From Ktedonobacterales bacterium (GTDB lineage: Bacteria > Chloroflexota > Ktedonobacteria > Ktedonobacterales > JADMIN01), in contig DATGEP010000201.1 in NCBI GenBank assembly GCA_035310125.1, positions 15,684 to 79,683 on the forward strand: 64,000 nucleotides of DNA, in the 5' to 3' direction. The position numbers were made by a program, and so were the translations under genes. Positions within the stretch are counted from its first letter, which is position 1. Each line of letters begins with the position of its first letter. Shown here piece by piece: positions 41,456 through 50,177 of this stretch. The notes below the pieces were generated by a model, which ran no database searches, was not told where the DNA came from, and was given only the letters and a program-made list of their open reading frames with translations.

Positions 41456-41916
41456 GCCTGGATGCGTTGCGCATCAGCCCAGACGTGCGCGGCGACGGAG
41501 CTGGCGTGCTGACGCTGCCGCGCGATATCTTTGCCGCCATGCTCGCCCATCTCGCAGCCGGCTACCCCGACGAAGCCTGCGGCGCGCTGGCAGGCGACGC
41601 GCAAGGGCGCGTCACCAGGAACTACCCCACCGCGAACGCCTCCACCACGCCGCGCGACTTCTCCGAGATCGGCGCATCTGACCTGCTTGCCATCTGGAAT
41701 GAGATAGACGAGCGCGACTGGACCATGCTCGCCTACTACCACTCGCACCCTGCATCCCCCGCGTATCCATCGCCACGCGACATCCTCTGGTCGCACGGCT
41801 GGCCTGGCACTTTCTACATCATCTTCTCGTTCGCGGACCGCGCCGCCCCTGTCGCCCGTGCCTTTCTCATCACCGGCAATGATGTAGCGGAATATCGCAT
41901 CCAGACGGGCCTGTAA
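41449..41916 (+). CDS. JAMM/MPN+ metalloprotease (Mec-like)
   Basis: It carries the JAMM motif YHSHPASPAYPSPRD (HxHx7Sx2D) and an upstream EACG. Its start overlaps the cysM stop (ATGGTGA). Confidence 0.85.
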   Translation: MVSLDALRISPDVRGDGAGVLTLPRDIFAAMLAHLAAGYPDEACGALAGDAQGRVTRNYPTANASTTPRDFSEIGASDLLAIWNEIDERDWTMLAYYHSHPASPAYPSPRDILWSHGWPGTFYIIFSFADRAAPVARAFLITGNDVAEYRIQTGL

Positions 41917-42729
41917 CGAGGGCAACAGGCCGGCGCGGCCATTGATGGCCTGGGCGTAGGCAGGCAAGGCTTGCGACGCTGAAGCTATCGGTGTACCAGA
42001 TGGCGTGGATCCGGTGCGGATGGACGCGAACGGCCAGCGGAGGAGCGCACTGCAACACCAATCCAAAGCCTGTATAGCGTAGATGGCTCCTAGAGCGCCG
42101 GTAGAGTCGTCATGCCGCCTGCTGGAGACGGTGCGGGAGGCGGCGCACGCCCTGCTGCTGGTCCACGACGGCGCCGCGGCGCCGGACAAACCGGAGTGTG
42201 CGCGGCTCACCAGACAGGCTATCGTCAGCTTCGCGAACAATCTGGATAGTGGCAACCATGCTCGGCGCCTTTATGCCGTGACCTACACCTACACCGGCCC
42301 GGCGGAGATTATCAGTCAGGGAAACGGCTGCCCACCGGAGCCAACCATGCCCCCGCCACACCTGATCTGGATGACCGCGCCGTGACCGCGACGACACTCG
42401 GACGTGCGGGATCACCGCCTGGCATGGCATCTGCCATCACATGTGACCACTTTCCATACAACATCCTTTTCATCCTTGCCCGCGCCCCATATCCGTGCCA
42501 TAACTATGAGTTAGCGATAGGTGAGCAACCACACATTGCAACCGTCCATCCATTTGGAATCGCCAAGCAAATCGAGCATCCACGAGGGAGGAGACCATGT
42601 CCGAGCCAGTTGCTCCACACTGACTCGCGTTGCGGCGCGGCGCACGGCGCCCAATGCCACTTCAGCCGGTTCCGGTACACCTGATTCCGCGGTGACCGAC
42701 AGCACAATCCAGAGCGGAGGTTTGTCGTT

Positions 42730-45095
42730 ATGACTAATCAGCACATGCCAGCCGGCTTTGAGCGCTGCCGCGAGGACGAACGACACCTTACCGGCAGAGG
42801 GCAGTTCGTGGACGACCTTCGTCCCCCTCCTGGTCGGCCCGACCCGCTCTTCATGGCGGTCGTCCGCAGCCCCTATGCGCATGCGCGCATCGGCGCGATT
42901 GCCACCGAGCAAGCCGCCGCGCTCCCTGGCGTCGTTGCGGTCCATACCGGCCGTGCGCTCGCGGAGCACCTGCCGCCAATGACTACCGTTCTCGCTCCGG
43001 GAAGTAAGTCCGTTGAGCGGCGTCCGCTGGCAACCGACATTGCCCGGTATGCCGGCGATCCCGTCGCGCTCGTGCTGGCGGAGAATAGTTACGCTGCCGC
43101 CGACGCCAGCCTCCTCGTCGACGTGGAGTATGATCCCCTGCCCGCCGTCACCGATCCAGAGCAAGCGCTCACACCCGATGCCCCGGTTCTCTACGACGAG
43201 CTGGGCGCCAACGATGTCTATCGGGTGTCCATCGGCGGCGGGGACATCACGGCGGCCTTCGCCCACGCCAGCGGCACCGTCACGCTCCGCCTCGTCAACC
43301 AGCGCGTCGCCGCCAGCCCGCTGGAGCCGCGCGCGTGCCTGTTCGACTTCGACCCAGAGACCGGCCAGCTTACCGCCTGGATCTCCTCACAAAGTATCTT
43401 CCGCGCGCGCGACACGCTCGCCAGCTCACTGGGCATCCCGCCCCGCTCCATCCATGTCCTCAATGCCGATGTCGGCGGCGCCTTCGGCACCAAGTCCATC
43501 TTTCTCGGTGAGGAAATCGCCGCGGCCGCTCTCGCCGTCCGCTATGGCCGGCCGGTCAAATGGATCGAGGACCGCAGCGAGAACTTGCAAGCCCAGGTGC
43601 ATGGGCGTGGGCAGATCAACGAGGTCGAGGCGGCCTACACGGCGGATGGGCGCGTTCTGGGTATGCGCGTGCGAACGATCGCGGACCTCGGCGCGTTTCT
43701 CCTCGGACCCTATCCGACGTTCCCGATCCGAACCGCGAAGTTAGTCTGCGGACCGTATCGCATCGAAGCCGTGGCGGCGGAGATCATCGGCGTGGTGACG
43801 AACAAGGTGCCGGTCGGCGCGTATCGCGGCGCGGGCCGCCCCGAAGCCACCTACATCGTGGAGCGCGTCATGGATCGCGTCGCCCACGTGCTTCAGATCG
43901 ACCCCGTCGCGCTGCGCCGCCGCAATCTGCTCACGCCGGACGCCTTTCCCTACACCACCCCACCGGCCTCGTCTACGATAGCGGCAACTACCAGGCGGCG
44001 CTCGAGCACGCCCTGGCCCTCGCGGACTACGCCGGCTGGCGCCAGCGCCAGCGCGAGCGGCGCGACCGCCACGCGGGCAATCTGCTCGGCATCGGTGTGT
44101 CCACGTTCATTGAGTCAACCGGTGATCTCACGAGCCCGAAAGATTCGTTACAGGAAGCAGCCACCGTGCGTATCCTGCCGGATGGCACGCTGCTCGTGCT
44201 CAGCGGCGTCGCCACCACGGGCCAGGGCCACGGCACCACCTTCGCGCAGATTGCCGCGCAGGTCTTTCAGGTCCCCAGCTCGCACGTCGCAGTACAGCTG
44301 AATGACTCCGCCCTCCCCGGCTATAGCCTCGGCACGAACGCCAGCAGAGTGACTCTTGTTGCCGGCTCGGCGGTCCGGCTGGCGGCGGAAGCCGTGCGCG
44401 CGAAAGCCGTCACGCTTGCCGCCGACCGGCTCGAAGCCGCCCCCGACGATCTGGAGGTCGCGGCTGGGCGCATCGCGGTGCGTGGGTTCCCCGCCCGCAG
44501 CGTCTCGCTGGCGGACCTCGCCCGCGCCGTTGACGAGCAGCCGGCGCTGATCGCGCACGAGCCGCCCAACCCCGTCAATGGCGCCCCCATCACGGGGCTG
44601 GCGGCGTGGCGTTCCTTCGCACCCGATGGCATAGCGATAGCTTCCGGCGCACACGTTGCCGTGGTCGAGGTCGATGGCGAGACCGGCGAGGTGCAGGTTT
44701 TGCGCTACATCGCCGTGGACGACTGTGGCCGCATCGTCAATCCTGCCCTGACCGCGGCGCAGCTGCATGGCGCCCTGGCGCAGGGCATCGGGCAGGCGCT
44801 CTTCGAGGAGGTGCGCTACGACGCGGCGGGGCAGGTACTCAGCGGCACCCTGCTGGACTACGCGCTGCCCAAAGCCCGCCAGCTGCCCGCGTTTGTGCTG
44901 GGGCACGTCGAGACGCCCGCTCCCGGCAACCCCCTCGGCGCGAAAGGGGCGGGGGAGGCGGGCGCGATCGCCGCGCCGCCCACCATCGTCAACGCGGTGC
45001 TGGATGCGCTGGGCATCCCCAGCATCCCTACGCTCGATATGCCCCTGCGCCCGGAAAAGATCTGGGCGCTGCTGCACCAGGCGCACGCAACATGA
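42730..45095 (+). pseudogene. CoxL/xanthine dehydrogenase-family molybdopterin-binding subunit, frameshifted
   Basis: Two ORF-track pieces (42730..44301 and 43560..45095) are the N- and C-halves of one protein of about 789 aa (AYRGAGRPE motif). Homology switches frame at the C-run 43958-43961, from ...DAFPYTTP to TGLVYDSGNYQ.... The length of 2366 nt is one nucleotide short of a multiple of three. Confidence 0.8.
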
Positions 45096-45100
45096 ATTCC

Positions 45101-45118
45101 CGGCAGAATCGGCAACCG
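45101..45118 (+). repeat. 18-nt intergenic repeat, copy 2 (cggcagaatcggcaaccg)
   Basis: Identical to 32858-32875. It starts 6 nt after the CoxL-like stop and lies inside a possible ccggca...tgccgg hairpin. Confidence 0.6.
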
Positions 45119-45296
45119 TCTTGTGCCGGTCTGCTGGGGGATTGTCTTAACACTCCGGCTTGACCCAGATGCCGAGGTCGTGCATCAAGGCGATTGGTTT
45201 CTCCGCGACCTGCTTGCGATACTCGTCATGCTTCATGGGTGCTCGATCCAGATAGGTGGCGGATGGTCGGCGCTTCGGTGGCGGCCAAGTAGGCTG

Positions 45297-45950
45297 TCAC
45301 AGCAGCCCTGAGTTCTGGGGGAACCTGCCAGCTACGGCCTCAGGAGTGGCGCCATTTCCCACGTGCGCTGTCCACCAGCGGCGCCATCTGCCCAACAGGG
45401 TCTTCTGCTTGCGAAAGGTGCGTGCCTGGCTGGCAACATCGCGCACCTGGTCTAGATGATCAGCATCGTGCTTCAATCCACTCAGGAATCGCTCGAATGG
45501 ACCCATTGCCTGGGCACCTTCCAACGGCACATAGACGTTATCCAGATGCGGCGAGCCGGGCCACATGCCGAGGCTCGCCAGCCGCATACGGCGACTCTCT
45601 TCGAGCCGCGCATAGCACTGCACGACTGTCGTCATCGCTTGCCACGGTACTTCGCTACGAGAGCGACCGTGATACGGGATACCGCGTGCCAGCTCGGCGG
45701 CCAGCGCCGCGGACTCTTCCGAGGAGGCCGTCATGTGAACGAGAATGTGCCCCAGCGTCCATGCCACCGCGGCCTCATCTCTGGATGACGCGGCAGCGTC
45801 GTGAGCTTGGGGATCAACCGGCACAAAGACGACATCAGCATCCACGCAGCGGCGCAGCAATCGTTGCACCTCGTCAATTAGCTCAGTGGTGAGACGCCGC
45901 AAGTCGCTCACCGTCACATCACTACCTTCGGCGGGAAGCCTAAATGTCAT
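45297..45950 (-). CDS. DinB-superfamily (DinB_2-like) protein
   Basis: It carries a His triad pattern (LGHILVHMTASSEE ... LKHDADHLDQV). The last 40 or so residues are R/W-rich and may not be genuine. Confidence 0.7.
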   Translation of the reverse strand: MTFRLPAEGSDVTVSDLRRLTTELIDEVQRLLRRCVDADVVFVPVDPQAHDAAASSRDEAAVAWTLGHILVHMTASSEESAALAAELARGIPYHGRSRSEVPWQAMTTVVQCYARLEESRRMRLASLGMWPGSPHLDNVYVPLEGAQAMGPFERFLSGLKHDADHLDQVRDVASQARTFRKQKTLLGRWRRWWTAHVGNGATPEAVAGRFPQNSGLL

Positions 45951-46239
45951 ACGCCAGCCCTCCACTAATATTCCATCCTACCCTGCGTGCCAGCGCTTCT
46001 TCTCGCAACAACTCGCCAGCCGCTTGCTCACGCTGCCGCGCTCACCACGCAGAGAACGTGCGGCACGCTGGCCCTTGCCACCGTTTGATATCGGCTGTTG
46101 TCATTCGGCAGTTCCGCCGTATCGGGATGAGCCGCAGGTCTTCAACCTGTGGCACTCCGGAACGACAAGTACCCACCCGGATTCCGTATGATCGTATGGG
46201 GACGCTTGAAATGGAGGCGAGCAGCGGCAAGGGCCCGAA

Positions 46240-47796
46240 TTAGAGTTGTGGTGTGAGGGGACCCAACTGGTCCGTGGTGGGTTCCGCTCAGCAGAACCAC
46301 GCTTCCGTGAGATGCGGCACAGGGCGGCGGGCACGCCGCACTCCCCCGCGCTCGCGCGATTGTTCGCGAGCGTGTGCCGGTACGCCCAACGTCTCTTCAG
46401 CCAGCGCACGCAGCGCCGCGAAGATGTCGTCCGGCGCCTCTCCGGCGCTCGTCGCCGCCTCCACCAGTCGCGCCGCTTCGTGTTGCAGCTCGTCCATGCA
46501 TGGGTCGGGGTGCGCCCAGCGATAGGTGAAGCGTTCTTCATCCAGCGGACCGAGCCATTCCGCGACGCTCTCGTCCGCCAACAGCGCGGAGCCGGGAGGC
46601 ACGAGCAGCCGAATGGTGTACTGCACCGGGTCAATACTGCCCAGGAGATCGTACGTTTCGGCAAAGTCGAGCAGGTCCAGATAGTCGCGTGGAGTAGTCC
46701 ACGGCGTGAAAGCCACCAGCGTCGGGCGCATCGGTATGCCCGCGTCCTCAAGAATTGCCAGCGCCTCGACCACGTCCGCGCGCGTGTGGCCCTTCCGAAG
46801 ATGCCGCAGCACTTCGGGGCTGAGCGATTCGACGGCGGAAACGATAAAGGCGCACCCTTGCGTAGCCAGCTCCGAGAAAATCTGGCGCCGCTCCAGGATA
46901 TGCTCGACCTTGATCGTGGCATCGAAGGTGACATGCGGGAACTCGGCATGCAGCGCGCGCACGATGGCGAGCGAGTGGCCGGGACCGTTCAGGAAATCAG
47001 GATCGCCGAAAGTGATGTGCTCGACACCAGCACGCACCTGGGCGCGGATGTCCTCCAGCACAACGGCGCGCGGAACGATGAAGAAACGCCCGCCGTAGAT
47101 GGGCGTGATGGGGCAGTGCGCGCAGGTATGCAGGCAGCCCCGGCTCGCCTCGACATAGCCCGCTGGCACGGCGATCCCTTCACGGACGAGATGAGCATAG
47201 TGGCGCGGCGCGGGTAGCACATCACGAGCGGGGGTGGCGAAAGGCAGACGCTCCAGCACCGGCGCGGCGAAGGCTTGTCGAGTGCGCACACCGCGCACTT
47301 CCTCCGGCTCGCCGCTATCGAGCGCGCGGACGAGTCCCAGCAGAGCCTCTTCGTACTCGCCGCCAATCGTGGCATCGGCGCATTCCCGCAGCAGATAGTC
47401 CGCGTTGAGTGAGGCATAGAGTCCGTAGAAGCAGATCCGCGCGGTGGGATTGAGCGCACGCACGCGCGCTGCCACGCGCGTGCCGAGCCGCAGCGCGGTG
47501 TGCATGGGCACGGAGATAGCCACGAGCCGCGCCACTGCGATGGTCTCATCGGTCAGATCGGCCACCGAGGTGTCCACAACGGCGGGGGAGTAGCCCGCGC
47601 GGCGCAGTGTACCCAATGGTGAGGCCAGCGCCAGCGGCTGATGCCCCAGCTCATAGCACGACACGAGCAGGATCGCGCCCGGTGCTCGCATGGTTACGGA
47701 GGGTTTTCGTCCCGCGTCCGCGCGCGCTGGCTCTTGAGATGCGCGATACGTCACCGGCGAAGGCGCCGGCTCCGCAAATGTGGGATTGTTCGCCAT
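46240..47796 (-). CDS. B12-binding-domain radical SAM protein with a CUAEP tail (putative selenoprotein; UGA at 46288-46290 read as Sec)
   Basis: It has the CX3CX2C motif RGCLHTCAHCP and a Rossmann-like N-terminal domain (ILLVSCYELGHQP). The ORF track stops at TGA after ...HLTEAWFC. The same frame continues AEPTTDQLGPLTPQL to TAA 46240-46242. The start ATG at 47796 overlaps the yggX stop. Confidence 0.75.
46254..46290 (-). promoter_or_regulatory. candidate bacterial SECIS hairpin beginning at the UGA
   Basis: The minus-sense sequence is UGAGCGGAACCCA[CCACGGACCAGU]UGGGUCCCCUCA. It gives 11 base pairs with one bulged C and one A.C mismatch, and a 12-nt apical region containing GU 21-22 nt after the UGA. 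An alternative 5-bp apical helix GGACC/GGUCC with loop AGUUG is possible. Confidence 0.4.
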
Positions 47797-48131
47797 CACT
47801 TCTTGCGTGCGGGCGCTCCGCCGCCCTTGGTCGCGGGCGCCCCACCCCCTTTGCCCTGCGACTGGCCTTCCGGCATCCAGCCTTCTGGCATCTTGTTCTC
47901 TTCGCTGAACAAGAACTCTTCCATCTGCTGGCGCAGAATCTGGCGCGAGTCGGGGTCGGCAAGATTGAGTCCGTAGTGGTTGATGATGAGACGGGACTGC
48001 TCCTGCCACATATCCCATGCCTGCTGAGAGATATTGTCGTAGATGCGCTGGCCTAGCTCACCAGGAAAGGGGGGCTTCTCCAGGCCCGGTAAATCCTGTC
48101 CCAGTTTGGCGCAGTGTACAATTCGTGCCAT
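47796..48131 (-). CDS. yggX: YggX-family Fe(2+)-trafficking / oxidative-damage protection protein
   Basis: MARIVHCAKLGQDLPGLEKPPFPGELGQRIYDNISQQAWDMWQEQSRLIINHYGLNL... aligns by eye with E. coli YggX. It has an extra Gly/Lys tail with KGGGAPA x2 and an AGGAG Shine-Dalgarno sequence. Confidence 0.85.
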   Translation of the reverse strand: MARIVHCAKLGQDLPGLEKPPFPGELGQRIYDNISQQAWDMWQEQSRLIINHYGLNLADPDSRQILRQQMEEFLFSEENKMPEGWMPEGQSQGKGGGAPATKGGGAPARKK

Positions 48132-48324
48132 CGCGCGGCGCTCCTGTTCGTGTACCTGTTCTTCGTCGTGCAGTACTCACGAGTCCTTGATAGCATACCG
48201 CAAACCAGGAACAGCGGCGACACCAGCGGGAAGCGTGAGCCTGGGTCTGGCGCTTTCGTTCCGTCTTCGCTTCCCTCGCTTTATCTTCCACGTCGCCGCT
48301 GGAAGTAGATGAGAGTGTCGCGTT

Positions 48325-49461
48325 TTATATGGCAAACTCAGCGGCGTAGAGCAGCGGCCGGCGCGCCCACACTTCCAGCGCGGGCACGTCGCTGCCGCGA
48401 AGCACCTCTAACACCGCGCGGTACAGATTCATGCCTTGCTCACGCTTACCCTGGAAAAGCAGCTCATCGCCAAGCGCGGTGAATGCCTGGGCAAGCAACG
48501 CGTCGTCTTTGTCGCGGCGTGCGAGTCCAGCGACATCCTCAATGATGGTGACACGGTCTTCGTCTCTGCGGCAGAGACGGCTATAGCGAGCGAGCGTAAG
48601 CCGGACCATTCCCTTGCCGATCTCATCAACTCCCTCAGTAGCAAATTCCTGTGCGATCTGGATGTGCGGCAGCGCAAAACGGATCTGGTTTTCGCGGTCG
48701 CCTTCGGCGGCAAACGTGGCGGCAAAGTCGAGCGCTGCATCGGCGACCAGCGCCTGAACACGCGCGGCTGTCCCCAAATTCTGGCTCTCACAGAAGACGT
48801 TGGCAGCGGCGCTCGCGTGACGCAGAGCGCGCTCGGGCTGACCCCGCCACCGCTCCAGATTCGCCTGAATCCATTCAATAGTCGCTGATTGGATCGGATC
48901 GGCGAGGACGTGGGCGATCAGGCGTCGGGCGTCGCGCAGCCGCTCTTCCGCGGTTACGTATTGAGCCAGATAAAATCGCAGACCCGCGAGACGTATGAGG
49001 CCGGAAAGCGCCATCGCTCCATCGGCGGGTACATCCTCGTCGCCCTCGTCGTCGAGGATGCTCAGGGAGTATTCGATATCATTTGCGGCGTCGCGCAGAC
49101 GCAGCACAGATTGATGAATAGTCGCGCGCAACAACAGCAAATCCACCAGCGCGCCATTATCTGGAAATGTCACTGCCAAGAATAAACCAGCATCGAGCGC
49201 ATCGAGCGCCTGTTTGGTATCGCCGATAGCGGCGTAGAACTTCGCCTTGATCTTCTGGATCGCCATGCGTTGGTGGGCTGAAATCGGCATATCATCGTAG
49301 CGGGCGAGCCGTTCAAATGCATGAAAAAGGGCGCGGACGCGGTTCTCATCATCTCGTATATCAGCCCAAGTCGCAAAGAGGTCATTGCGAACATCGAAGC
49401 GATAATTCCGCTCGTCCTGCCACTCGATGAGGTCGGGAAAGCGCGTAGAATAGATGAGCAT
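48325..49461 (-). CDS. all-helical repeat (TPR-like) protein, function unknown
   Basis: 378 aa. The ATG at 49461 is preceded by AGGAGG. The sequence has a helical-repeat character with no catalytic motif. Confidence 0.6.
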   Translation of the reverse strand: MLIYSTRFPDLIEWQDERNYRFDVRNDLFATWADIRDDENRVRALFHAFERLARYDDMPISAHQRMAIQKIKAKFYAAIGDTKQALDALDAGLFLAVTFPDNGALVDLLLLRATIHQSVLRLRDAANDIEYSLSILDDEGDEDVPADGAMALSGLIRLAGLRFYLAQYVTAEERLRDARRLIAHVLADPIQSATIEWIQANLERWRGQPERALRHASAAANVFCESQNLGTAARVQALVADAALDFAATFAAEGDRENQIRFALPHIQIAQEFATEGVDEIGKGMVRLTLARYSRLCRRDEDRVTIIEDVAGLARRDKDDALLAQAFTALGDELLFQGKREQGMNLYRAVLEVLRGSDVPALEVWARRPLLYAAEFAI

Positions 49462-49580
49462 AGATCGCCTCCTAATGGTGCTCGACTGAGAACATGACTG
49501 CGGACGCCAGCTGAAAGCAAGACGATTGGGTCAGATGAGAAACGGTAGGAAAAGGATAGCACCAGCACATGATAAGAGAT

Positions 49581-49619
49581 CCCCCAGGGATGATGGCCCC
49601 GAAAACCATTCCCTGGGGG
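49581..49619 (-). terminator. hairpin downstream of the small hydrophobic ORF
   Basis: The arms are cccccaggga and tccctggggg, 10 bp, plus inner atgg/ccat pairing. On the minus strand it is followed by AUCUCUUAUC. Confidence 0.35.
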
Positions 49620-49669
49620 GAATATGGCGTGGCGCTGGTGTCATCCACCAGAATACCACGCCTGCATGG

Positions 49670-49882
49670 CTAGCAGGGCAACGATATGCCTGGACACTGC
49701 ACCTGCGGACCCATCGCGAGCTGCGCGTGCGCGCTAAGAGGTGTGACCGCGCTTGACCCGCCAGCGGCGAATGCCAGCAAGATCGCCAGGAGCACGAGTA
49801 TTCGCGCAAACGCGGCAGCCTGGCTGGCTGCCAACCAGCACACGCCGGTTGCGAGGTTGAACGGAAAGTGTACACTACGCAT
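49670..49882 (-). CDS. possible 70-aa hydrophobic or secreted small protein
   Basis: The ATG at 49882 lies 10 nt after AGGAG. The sequence is MRSVHFPFNLATGVCWLAASQAAAFARILVLLAILLAFAAGGSSAVTPLSAHAQLAMGPQVQCPGISLPC, with one transmembrane or signal-like segment. There is no homology evidence. Confidence 0.25.
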   Translation of the reverse strand: MRSVHFPFNLATGVCWLAASQAAAFARILVLLAILLAFAAGGSSAVTPLSAHAQLAMGPQVQCPGISLPC

Positions 49883-50177
49883 TGGGGGAAGTCTCCTCTG
49901 ATGTGGCCGTTCAGGCCTCTGTTGGCGGCCGGAGCATGCCAACCATGCCCGACCGCTGCTGCCCCTTACGCCCGCGAGTCTGTGGGATGCAGCCTTACTC
50001 GCTGCGTCACATCGGCTCGCGTCTTTTTGGGCGTCTCTCACGACTGATGCTTCCAGCACCTCCTTCGCTCCAGAACCGGCCTCGCCGTTCGGGCGTATGC
50101 CTTTTTACGGGTGGCCAGATGTTGGATGGATACGATCAACACCCTCAGGATAACGCCCCCAATAGGAGATATCTAGT

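Noticed and set aside
40978-42255. 425-aa minus-strand ORF covering cysM, the JAMM gene and downstream DNA
   Set aside because: It lies opposite two genes with unmistakable family motifs. Its translation is A/R/S/P-rich with no motif. It is a typical antisense shadow ORF of GC-rich DNA.
42083-42385. 100-aa plus-strand ORF in the spacer after the JAMM gene
   Set aside because: It has no Shine-Dalgarno sequence, no motif and an overlapping antisense ORF of similar length. The evidence is insufficient to call it.
42597-42623. 8-codon mini-ORF (MSEPVAPH) with a GGGAGGAG Shine-Dalgarno sequence, 107 nt upstream of the CoxL-like gene
   Set aside because: Too short to evaluate. There is no obvious attenuator structure linked to it, and the downstream gene appears to be a pseudogene.
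44148-45086. 312-aa minus-strand ORF
   Set aside because: Antisense to the C-terminal half of the CoxL-like gene. R/G-rich, with no motif.
46246-47217. 323-aa plus-strand ORF
   Set aside because: Antisense to the radical SAM gene, which carries the CX3CX2C motif and coherent domains.
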